From the NCBI GenBank assembly GCA_002811645.1, contig PDIP01000023.1, positions 110,808-174,807 of the forward strand: a DNA stretch of 64,000 nt, given 5' to 3'. Shown in pieces: positions 12,301 through 20,315 of the stretch. The notes below the pieces were generated by a model. The model was not told the DNA's origin. It saw nothing but the letters and a program-made list of their open reading frames with translations, and searched no databases. This stretch comes from Corallochytrium limacisporum Hawaii. Lineage: Eukaryota > Protista > Pluriformea. Every line of letters starts with the position of its first letter. Within the stretch, counting starts at the first letter, position 1. The position numbers and the translations under genes are program-made.

Positions 12301-13796
12301 TAATGCACGTAGCGCCAGTTGTAACTGTGTACCGCTCCGCGATGGGGACACACGATGCCCTTAGGGACGCCAGTGGTGCCACTGCTCAATACTGTATACG
12401 CTGTGTCATCCGGGGTCGGTTTCGGCCGATCCTCCGGCATGGGTGGTGCTGTTTTGCGGATGTTTTCGAGCCAATCGCCCTCCATGATTAGTTGCTTCTG
12501 CCAACTCGGGAGCTTCTTGGAATGGTGAGTGAAAGTCAAAACGCAGGGTGGTTTTGCCTCACGGCACACTCGCTCCACCAATTCCTTCGGATAGACAATC
12601 TCCATGGGCATATACCCACCGCCGGCCTTCAGAATGGCCAAGTATGCAATAGCGTACTCCATGGACCGTTCCATAAAGATACCGCCCACCTCATTTGGCC
12701 GAATCCCCGATTCATACAAGTAATTGGCCAGCACAGTCGTGGCATTGTCCAGTTCAGCGTAGGTCATGCTGCGACCGCCGTCCACTACCGCAGTTTTGTT
12801 TGGTGTCTTGGAAACCTGTTCCACAAAGAGCTCATGCAAACACTTGTCGCGGGGATAGTCCATTATGTGACTGTTCCATTCGTCCATGATGTTGAGCGAG
12901 TCGGCTAAGTTCTTATCCAGATCTCCCTGAAGCTGAGATAGGAGATCCTGGAAAAATGCACCGCGTTCTTCTGGATACCAAGGGTAGTATAGGTTCTTGC
13001 TCGAGGACCACTGCATGTCAAAGACTGTGTGATCAGTCTTCTTGAAGAGTTTCTCCCATTCAATGCCCGATATTCCCATGTTTTGTACTTCTGTTTCAGT
13101 CGAGTACAGTGTCGCAGGGCACCGAAGGTTGTAGTTCCTCTCATCTAGCATGTAGTACTGGAGCCGATCGACATCCCTACGGTATCGCAAGACACTGCTT
13201 TCATTCGCGTTCTTTATGGGAACTCTGAACAGCGGGTGGCCGAGCTGAGCCAGGTCGCTGAACAAGGTCTCGTCATCCATGCCCATGGCAGCTTTCCTCA
13301 TATAGTGGGCTCGAGCCGGTGCCGGCGCGTTCACCATTACCAGGCGCAAGGGACGTGAAAGCGAGTGGCTTGCCAAGCGATTTGCAACCTCAAAGGCGTA
13401 CAGCCCACCGACCCCCATACCAAAGAGAACATATGGAACATTTAGGAATGGAGCGACCTGTTGGGCCAGGGCCTCACTAAATGCGTCCGCGTCACCGTGC
13501 ATGGAGCTGGCTCGCTTTAGACTAATCCTGGTCTGGTCCTTTACTGCACGGGAACCTGCATGGCGCATTTCCACTAAATCTGGGTTACGAGTTTTGCGCT
13601 TCTCCACCCGAGGTTCTTCTGTGAACCGAACACAGTAGATCTCCACATTGTCTGGGAAGAGTTGATGCCAGCCGTCAAAGGCCATCTCATTGCCACCGGC
13701 ATATGGGAAGCAGAAGATACGAATGCTCACATCCTCCTTGACCTCCTGACACTTGATAAAAGGACTCACCTGAGTCCAGACAGATTCGTTCGCCAT
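9327..13796 (-). CDS. NRPS-like carboxylate reductase with architecture pseudo-thioesterase, adenylation, PCP, PCP, reductase (ATRR/glycine-betaine-reductase-like A domain)
   Basis: TE-like IFCFPYAGG. A-domain motifs SSGTTGVPKG, NLYSISE, YRTGDRGR and SGKLDR. Two GGHSL phosphopantetheine sites. R domain with TGGTGFLG and YGQTKWVAE. Confidence 0.92.
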   Translation of the reverse strand: MANESVWTQVSPFIKCQEVKEDVSIRIFCFPYAGGNEMAFDGWHQLFPDNVEIYCVRFTEEPRVEKRKTRNPDLVEMRHAGSRAVKDQTRISLKRASSMHGDADAFSEALAQQVAPFLNVPYVLFGMGVGGLYAFEVANRLASHSLSRPLRLVMVNAPAPARAHYMRKAAMGMDDETLFSDLAQLGHPLFRVPIKNANESSVLRYRRDVDRLQYYMLDERNYNLRCPATLYSTETEVQNMGISGIEWEKLFKKTDHTVFDMQWSSSKNLYYPWYPEERGAFFQDLLSQLQGDLDKNLADSLNIMDEWNSHIMDYPRDKCLHELFVEQVSKTPNKTAVVDGGRSMTYAELDNATTVLANYLYESGIRPNEVGGIFMERSMEYAIAYLAILKAGGGYMPMEIVYPKELVERVCREAKPPCVLTFTHHSKKLPSWQKQLIMEGDWLENIRKTAPPMPEDRPKPTPDDTAYTVLSSGTTGVPKGIVCPHRGAVHSYNWRYVHYPYDEGEREACNIFFVWEVIRPLLRGSTSYVIPDTDIYDPQKVVDFIQGNDITRILFTPSMAELIVEVIPTEELSKKMSSLKIVWLCGEVVTIRLRDALLNAMPGVKLLNLYSISECHDVSVCDLNNMDSKVSVKYASCGHVMENVRVYILDDNLQRVPLGVAGELYVGGPCLAKGYLNMPEKTAERFVRNPFYDPEDPQSRLLYRTGDRGRLLPNGELELIGRCDFMVKIRGYSVVLGAVEVALCEHPKISSAVVVTHGNEGEDKKLVAYVVPESWDDQPNVADVKRFMKDKVPHYAIPSVFMDIPALPIHPASGKLDRKQLPKIENLDLGSSRMNTDVAATTATNSMLTGKPLRHEDTAEVLENKVALRQPQERDLSHIPNVIERLIRGVWGDLLEVNAAQLHHDANFFDNGGHSLLSVRMLNRLTNLFGEECKIPVAEFVKSPTLDFLVDQVENLQPAEITIRKCYGNVLRQDPLKLDTNASFFDLGGHSLAASRLVIELNKTFKGLNLETAAFMKQSSVSEVLYTVLALRVAKSPELRASIEMRSPKRLASGPTSPWLASTGPRISNGVSREAPLDLFREVFLDPAIYPAATRKTGYARLRVRDATKPPQRVLLTGGTGFLGAFLIYYLLCDTQCMLFCLVRAEDPDEGFRRLEKNLQHYQLLSKAEYFGFYDRVIPVCGNLDQPLLGLSNVEWKSLAGEVDAIIHNGAAVNLVKPYTSLKATNVLGTQEILRLAVTNGMFDVGATRVKPVFYVSTNGVFPTGYGKCMEDDPMGHWEDLEDGYGQTKWVAEQICLRARERGLPVCIVRPGNLSGASFNGAWQDDDFMRLIMLGCMRTRTYPDDVNWGFDMTPVDWAAKALVHLACQSPGRALGRILHLQSPHTPTSSDQFFSMFKGNLATLKPVPYFDFRRRVSDEANDTANVLLLKLEAGLDSFSRYLASNIEFDSAEMKDALSKANIPCPEVDEELIRKYVMHITQTMNGIANGN

Positions 13797-14258
13797 CGGA
13801 TGTGCACTTTATTGGAACTCTCCTTACATACTAGACTATAAATGGATCAAATTCTCTCCCCACAGTCTTCCTCGAGACCTCTGAAACCTAATTCTTTACA
13901 TAGCAAACACACATCCATGGTTGTCGCATGTCGCGGATGCAAAATGCTTTGCTTCATATACCACCCATTCTATGCTCCTATATCACTGGATCACCAAACC
14001 AACCGCACAGGCGCAGGCACAGCTCTGCGGATACACATCATCGTTTCGATTCAGATCTCCTAGTGGACCCGATCCCTAAACATCCGACCCCGTGCGCTAT
14101 GTGGCTACCCTCACCCTTCTCGTCCGTACCAAATTTTCCTACTCTTCCTAGTCTGCGCGACGAGACGAAGGGGATTAAATCAGAGCGAGTGAGGTGTCGG
14201 GGTGTGTGTGTGTGTGTGTGTGCTTTTTCAAACTTTATCATTTTGCGAAGGGGGAGGG

Positions 14259-14309
<51 letters not shown>
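14259..14309. repeat. (TGC)17 trinucleotide microsatellite in the divergent NRPS/LIM intergenic region
   Basis: Read directly from the sequence. A (GT)n tract lies nearby at ~14202-14222 and a G-tract at ~14659-14680. Confidence 0.95.
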
Positions 14310-14310
<1 letters not shown>

Positions 14311-15008
14311 CGTGCCACCCTCTCGGGCGGCGAAGGAGGCGGGCCGGCCATGTACCAGACCCAAGGGAAAAAGAGTGGATTTTCTTCCCACCGTTACCGG
14401 CCTTTTGGGGTGCTTCAAAGCTCTGAAGGGAGGGGGGAGCGCGAACAGAAGAGAAATTAAAAAGAAAAGTTTAAAGGAGAGAGAGACCTGAGCCCAAGAA
14501 AAAAAAAACCACGGGCGAAATAGAGAGATACCCAAAACGTGAAATAGTGAAATGGACAGCAGCTCCGACTAGTTTCAATAAAGGTGGCACGAGTCGGGCG
14601 CTGCGACTGCATCATCGAATCGGCGGGCGATCGAATAAACGATTTAGCCAGTGGGGAAGGGGGGGGGGGGGGGGGGGGGGTTATTTGGTTTGGGCCCGTG
14701 GGTTTTTTGGTCAAAAGTTCAAGTTCCGCCCATTTGTCAGGCCACCCTTTGTTCGGAGTTCTTTTTATTGGTGTTTCGCAGTTTGTGGGTGGATTATGTG
14801 GCTGTCGATACGGGCCTATCACAGCGCATTGTTGTGGATGGAATTCGGATGGTTCAATCAACGCAGGTTCTTGGAGCAGGGCAGATTTGAAACGGTAAGC
14901 AATACGGATACCGGCTGCACCTCCCTTGCGTCTGTTTGTTACTCAAAACGTATACACAGTGTAATTTTATATGATCAGAAGTGAAAACAGAACACACATA
15001 TTACAAAA

Positions 15009-15686
15009 ATGAGTTTGGACGACCTTGATAACATTGCGAGCAACTTCCAGCAGGACTTCGCCAGCGCCAGCGCCGGGGAGACTTTCGTTGGCCGATGCGC
15101 TGTCTGTGATCAACAGATCACGGACGACAAGTACAAGCTTGGTCCCGGGGAGAATACCTCTGTGCGGCCCAAGTACCATACTGCTTGTCTCAAATGCCAC
15201 AAGTGCCAGAAAGAATGCAGCGATAACTTTTACCTCGTTGAGAAGGACAAGAAGGTGCTCTGTGAGGAACACTACTTTGAAGCCAATCTGTCCAAGTGTG
15301 ATAAGTGCGGTGACTACATCAAGGACCGCCTGATTGAGGGCGCGGCTGGACGCAAGTACCACGCGTCATGCTTTGTCTGTGCCAAGTGTAACACGTCGCT
15401 GGACGGCAAGGAGTACATGATGAAGGACGAATCAAGCCCTGCAATGTGCTCATCCTGTTTCAACGATGAGTATGGTGTCAAGTGCACGGGCTGTGAGCAG
15501 CAGATCACCGCGAATGGACCGGACGGGGGAAAATTTTTCCGCATTGGTACAGAAGGGATGCCATTCCACCCGAGCTGCTACAAGTGCAAACAGTGCAAAA
15601 CGGCACTGGCAGTCGAAGGGGACAAGGCTGTGGGTGTGCCGTACGAGGGCAACGTGGTCTGTGCTACGTGCTATCCTGGAGCTTGA
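15009..15686 (+). CDS. Triple-LIM-domain protein, zyxin/LPP-like
   Basis: Three CxxC..HxxC..CxxC..CxxH/C units. LIM3 carries a zyxin-like insertion, and there is a short N-terminal LDDLDNIASNFQQDF helix. Confidence 0.9.
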   Translation: MSLDDLDNIASNFQQDFASASAGETFVGRCAVCDQQITDDKYKLGPGENTSVRPKYHTACLKCHKCQKECSDNFYLVEKDKKVLCEEHYFEANLSKCDKCGDYIKDRLIEGAAGRKYHASCFVCAKCNTSLDGKEYMMKDESSPAMCSSCFNDEYGVKCTGCEQQITANGPDGGKFFRIGTEGMPFHPSCYKCKQCKTALAVEGDKAVGVPYEGNVVCATCYPGA

Positions 15687-15837
15687 AAATAAGGTACACC
15701 GTACTGACCGGCCGCATGATCACCAACCTCCGATTCGTCTTCAACAAAATAAAATAAATTCTCTCTCTCTCTCTCTCTCACATTCTCGTTCACATATCGC
15801 AAAAACATTATGTATTGATATCATTAAGTGCACGTAT

Positions 15838-18800
15838 TCAGTGCATCACCAGTCGGCGCCCATAGTCGTCACCCAACCCCTGTCGACCATAACCACCGCC
15901 TCCGACCGATCCTGTCGTGGTCGAGTCCATGAGGGAATCCAAGGAATCGACGCGGACCATACCCCGGGCCCGCGATGGCCCTTCCATGCCTGAATTCGTC
16001 GTATTCCGTCTTTGGTGGCCACCGCGGTGCCCCGCCGGGTGCCGCGCACCACCATAGTTCGACTCCGAACGCTCGTCAAAGACAAAGCCTCCGACCCCTT
16101 GCTCACCGGGGCGTGGGGGCCGAGCCGGTGGTGTCATGCAGCGCGGGTTGCCGTCCTTGGAGCCCTGCGTCTTGCCATAGGTACGGCGCTCCTCCATGCC
16201 CGTGAAGGCGACGCTGACTCCAGTGCCAGATGCACTCTTTTGCACATTGCCGACAATGACCTGATCAACCGTCTGCTTACCGTCCCGCTCTTGGTGTCGT
16301 AAGAGGTAGCTGTCAGCGCGCACGCGTCCGCTTAAGCGGCCCACAAAGTTACCGACTTTTGGAGCTGATGTTTTTACCAGTCGGGTGCCCGGGTGCTTGG
16401 GTGCCGGGTTCATGACCGCATCAATGGACACAATATCGTCGGCCTTGTGCTCGACAACCTTTTTGTGGCCCTTGCGGAAGCGTGCGAATATATTCTTTGT
16501 TCCCGCAGGTTTCCCTGGAGATCCCCAAGCGTTGGTCGTACCCGTCTCCGTCTCGGAATCAAAGCGTGTGACACCACCGCCTCTGCCGTCTCGGTCGCCA
16601 TCAGCTGACGACGGTCGGCCAGCCTGCAGGCGACGACGACGGCCCTTTTCCTGAGCCAGTTCGCGTTCGAGTGCAGTGAGTTCATGATCGATACCTTCAG
16701 CCATGTCAGCAGTCCATGCATCACGCTCGTGCTGCAGGCGCTCCATCATGACATTGCGAAGATTGTCCAAGTCGGCGTAGCGCTGGTGCTGGAGCATGCG
16801 GTACCGTTCGTCCAGGTCTTCCAACTGCTCACGCAGGGACAGGTTCTCCCTGTTCTTTTCTCGCAACTCTTGCTTGAGCTGCCTGAATTCTGAAGCACTT
16901 ACTCCTTGGTTGGATTGGATCTGTTCGAGTTTCTTCTTTAGCACCGAGTTCTCGTTCTGTGCGTAGCGGGCGTCTGCGTCACTGCGACGGAGTTGCTTGT
17001 CCTTCGAGTCCAAGTTGACCCGCAGATCGTTGCATTGCAGCTCGTATCGCTGTCGCTCCGAACGCAGGTCCTCGATCTCCTGCTCTAGCATGTACTGATT
17101 ACCACTCAGCTCGTCACGCTCAGAGGTCAGCTCGCGAACCTTGGAGTAGAGCGAGTCCACCTCGCTCAGTTGGTTCTTTGCGTGGCCCCACTCACGCTCC
17201 TTTTGCTGCAGCAGCGACTCGAACCGTGATTCAGCGATATGCAAAGAATTAAGTCCAGCCTGGAGCTGTGCACTGAGAACAGCTGGGGACGCGCCTGTGC
17301 CCGGTGGTGCACAAGTATTGGAGGATGTTAGGCCAGCAGTGTTCGACGACCCTTGCATGGAGTCGGCATGGTCAGCCGGCGGCTGCTTAAAGGATTGTGG
17401 GCTCGACTCCGTGATGTCAGCCATGCTCACCGCCTGCAGCTGGCGCTTGTCGAGAGGCATGTGATGCTCGCTGGAGAACAATTTAAGCAGAGGAAGTGCG
17501 TCCTTGCGGTACTCATCGTTATTGGGCAGGACTAGCAAGGAACCGACTGCGCCTTTGCCCGTGGTGAAATTGTGCGCGAACATGGAAGTCAAAACACAAT
17601 TTTGGACGCCCATGACTGGAACGGGTCCGGCACTCTGCCCTTTGGCTGCGGCCATGGCACTCTTGCGCTTGCTCTGGTGCAGAGTGTTGAGGACGGACCC
17701 AAGCGTCTGCAGAGTAGCAGCACCCCCGGCCGCGCCAGAGTATGCACAGCCGAGATCCACAAAGGATAACTGGCCGCAACGGATGAATTTTGAGAACTTC
17801 TGGGGCACATCACCACGGTCGTGTGGCACTTTGGCCACGGTGATGGTGAAGACCAGATGGCTGCTCATTACAGAAGTAGACATCTGGGATGCTGTGCCGG
17901 AAGCGGTGCCACTGTTCACGAGAGCTCTGCGTCCTGCCTTAACCATGCCGAGCTGATAGCATGCCACTGCCTGTGCAGTGTCCCCGACGGGAACGTAGGT
18001 GGTGTTGGCGGCATAGGTGATGTCTGAGTTGTCCTTGGCCAGCCGGGGTGCCGCGGACTTGGACGAACTCTTGCCGCCGGGTACAGGCGCCATCGACGCA
18101 GTGGCGGAGCCAAGGTCTTTCAACAGATCGGTAATTTCCCCGGTCTGCTCGCTAATACTCACCATCGACACAAACACAGATATCATCATATCCGCTTCCA
18201 GACCCAGATTTCCGGCGTCGGCCATATCACTGTCTGGACGGTGCACAAATTCGTCTAGTGCAGCACCACGGATGGCCCTCGCAAGGCTATTTTCGAGGCT
18301 CTTGCGGTCCTTCTTGGCCCCACTTTGGCTTTGTATGCCAAAGATTCGCTTCGCACTCACCACTGCACGACCACCTCCCGTGTTCATTGCACCAATCTTC
18401 TCGTTTTGAGGGGGAAGCATGATGAACGGACGGAGCATGGCAGTCCTCGAGCCGGCGAACAGAGTGTCAAAGGTGGCAGGAAGAAGACCCAAATGGTCCT
18501 CGTCACCCAGCAAAGAATCCATCTTTGCCACACGTCCCACACTGCTCGACGCCGTCACGCCTGACACAAACAGGACGCAGTTTTCACCCTCCAGGGACCG
18601 CTTGAGCAGCGGCAGGGCGCTAGTGCGGAACAGGTCAACCGGCATCGCCTTCTCTTGGAGTGCCTGGGAGACGCGAAAGACCTGCTCTTCCTCTTGCACC
18701 CCAGCCTGCATGCCAGGGGCCGATGATCTGCGCAGAATGGCTACGTCACAGCAATTGATGTTCATTTGATCTCGTGTTGGCTTGAGACGGCACAAGGGTT

Positions 18801-19347
18801 GGTACCCTTGGCTTCCTCTCGAGCCACCAATGCCCAGATCCGTGCCCGACTGGCCCGACGGATCGGTGAGACGGACCTGGTAGACCATGCTTGGACCAGC
18901 CCCTCGTATCGGCTTCGGGATTTCTCCAATCACTGTCGCATTGCTGCCGTGCACTGGACGGTTGGAACCTCCGCCCTGCGCCATCCCCAGACCCGCTGAG
19001 GCTGATCCCATACCTACACGCGAACTTGCGCCAGGTCCGCCACCGATTGTCGAATTCGAATCCATTGATGACCTTTGCATGTGCTGCGACTGCTGACCAC
19101 CGCCAGCTCCAAAACTCAGTGGTGATGGTCGGTTGCTACTGGCACCACTGAGCTTGGGCGCAGCAACGGGCGTCGACGGTGACTGTGTAAACGAGAAGCG
19201 GCTTTGCTGCTCCCGGGCCCGGACGCCCTGGCCGACCGGTACATCTACGGAGCCGCTAGTGAGCTGACTGTCGTCTTGCTGTGATTCACCTGAGCTGCTA
19301 GGCGGTGGCAGAGGGTGTTGAAATGTCAGGCTTTTTTTGCGGCCCAT
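15838..19347 (-). CDS. Kinesin-6 (MKLP1/KIF23)-like protein with degenerate motor domain
   Basis: Kinesin-like strands (GENCVLF..GVT, GLLP, SHLVFTI, QLSFVDL), a long coiled coil, and a C-terminal segment resembling the MKLP1 Arf6-binding domain (HK...AVMNP...YLLRHQE...GNVQKSASGTGVSVAFTGME). Confidence 0.8.
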   Translation of the reverse strand: MGRKKSLTFQHPLPPPSSSGESQQDDSQLTSGSVDVPVGQGVRAREQQSRFSFTQSPSTPVAAPKLSGASSNRPSPLSFGAGGGQQSQHMQRSSMDSNSTIGGGPGASSRVGMGSASAGLGMAQGGGSNRPVHGSNATVIGEIPKPIRGAGPSMVYQVRLTDPSGQSGTDLGIGGSRGSQGYQPLCRLKPTRDQMNINCCDVAILRRSSAPGMQAGVQEEEQVFRVSQALQEKAMPVDLFRTSALPLLKRSLEGENCVLFVSGVTASSSVGRVAKMDSLLGDEDHLGLLPATFDTLFAGSRTAMLRPFIMLPPQNEKIGAMNTGGGRAVVSAKRIFGIQSQSGAKKDRKSLENSLARAIRGAALDEFVHRPDSDMADAGNLGLEADMMISVFVSMVSISEQTGEITDLLKDLGSATASMAPVPGGKSSSKSAAPRLAKDNSDITYAANTTYVPVGDTAQAVACYQLGMVKAGRRALVNSGTASGTASQMSTSVMSSHLVFTITVAKVPHDRGDVPQKFSKFIRCGQLSFVDLGCAYSGAAGGAATLQTLGSVLNTLHQSKRKSAMAAAKGQSAGPVPVMGVQNCVLTSMFAHNFTTGKGAVGSLLVLPNNDEYRKDALPLLKLFSSEHHMPLDKRQLQAVSMADITESSPQSFKQPPADHADSMQGSSNTAGLTSSNTCAPPGTGASPAVLSAQLQAGLNSLHIAESRFESLLQQKEREWGHAKNQLSEVDSLYSKVRELTSERDELSGNQYMLEQEIEDLRSERQRYELQCNDLRVNLDSKDKQLRRSDADARYAQNENSVLKKKLEQIQSNQGVSASEFRQLKQELREKNRENLSLREQLEDLDERYRMLQHQRYADLDNLRNVMMERLQHERDAWTADMAEGIDHELTALERELAQEKGRRRRLQAGRPSSADGDRDGRGGGVTRFDSETETGTTNAWGSPGKPAGTKNIFARFRKGHKKVVEHKADDIVSIDAVMNPAPKHPGTRLVKTSAPKVGNFVGRLSGRVRADSYLLRHQERDGKQTVDQVIVGNVQKSASGTGVSVAFTGMEERRTYGKTQGSKDGNPRCMTPPARPPRPGEQGVGGFVFDERSESNYGGARHPAGHRGGHQRRNTTNSGMEGPSRARGMVRVDSLDSLMDSTTTGSVGGGGYGRQGLGDDYGRRLVMH

Positions 19348-19579
19348 GATTTAAAGTTCTTCTCAGATGGCTGTTTGATGTTGCGAATTCTCCTCAAGTC
19401 TGCTCGTATCGGTAACAGATTCGTGCTTTATCATATCATTGTTCCCGGAACAATGTGTTGTTTCCTTAGTGTGATTATGTTTTTCTTTACAGTGCTGACT
19501 TTTGGATTCGGCACCACTGGAGAGCCGTGCCAGTGGCGCCCGTTCTTCTACCTTGCTCTCTTCCTTCCAAGATTCTTCT

Positions 19580-19580
<1 letters not shown>

Positions 19581-19662
<82 letters not shown>
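19581..19662. repeat. (CA)~41 microsatellite upstream of the kinesin-like gene
   Basis: Read directly from the sequence. Confidence 0.95.
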
Positions 19663-19665
<3 letters not shown>

Positions 19666-20274
19666 ACACGCGCGCGCGCACCCACACCGCTCCGTCAAGG
19701 GACAAACGCAGCTTTGTCATTGGAGACCCCAAGGGAGATCAACACCTGACCGATAAAAGACCCGTAAACTCAGACGGAAGTGACACGAAGCCGTCCCGTC
19801 CACCCAGCAGAACCATTGGCTCCAGCATCCGAACGCGCTCGCAAGGCACCACCGCTCACACACACACACTCACAGACAGGAAGGGTCGGCGAACACTGCG
19901 GCGAAATGAGACCCCCGCATCCCCGGCTTCTGGTTCACTGGGAACCGCGGGGGGATGGGGAGAGGGGGAAGGGGGAAGCGGTTAGTTACTGGTCTTGGGG
20001 CCCGGAGGGGGTCTCTCACTGCCCAAAACCAAAACTCCCTCCCCCTCTATCTTTTTGCCTCAAGGAAATCCTCCAGGCTCCCCCCCCCTCTTCCCTCTCT
20101 CTCTGTTTGTGTGCACACGAGCGGCCAGCGGTGCTAGTGTTTCTTTGTCTACTTCGGGCGGGGTCGCCTGGCAATGGGCGGGAGGGAGATGGGGAGGTTG
20201 GGTTGCATTGGGTTTTGGGGGGGGGGGAAGAGGAGCCAGCAGCAGTAGTAGTCAAAGGGGGATCGGTGCCTTTA

Positions 20275-20315
<41 letters not shown>

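Noticed and set aside
9327-13796. Lys2 alpha-aminoadipate reductase
   Set aside because: It lacks Lys2-type motifs (FTSGSEGIPKG, HDPIQRD) and has a TE-like N-terminus and two PCPs.
14038-14535. Poly-Ser/Leu/Ala/Cys ORFs, and the HT/CV/RE-repeat ORFs at 19.3-20.0, 22.8-23.3 and 31.6-31.9 kb
   Set aside because: These are translations of microsatellites with no domain signal.
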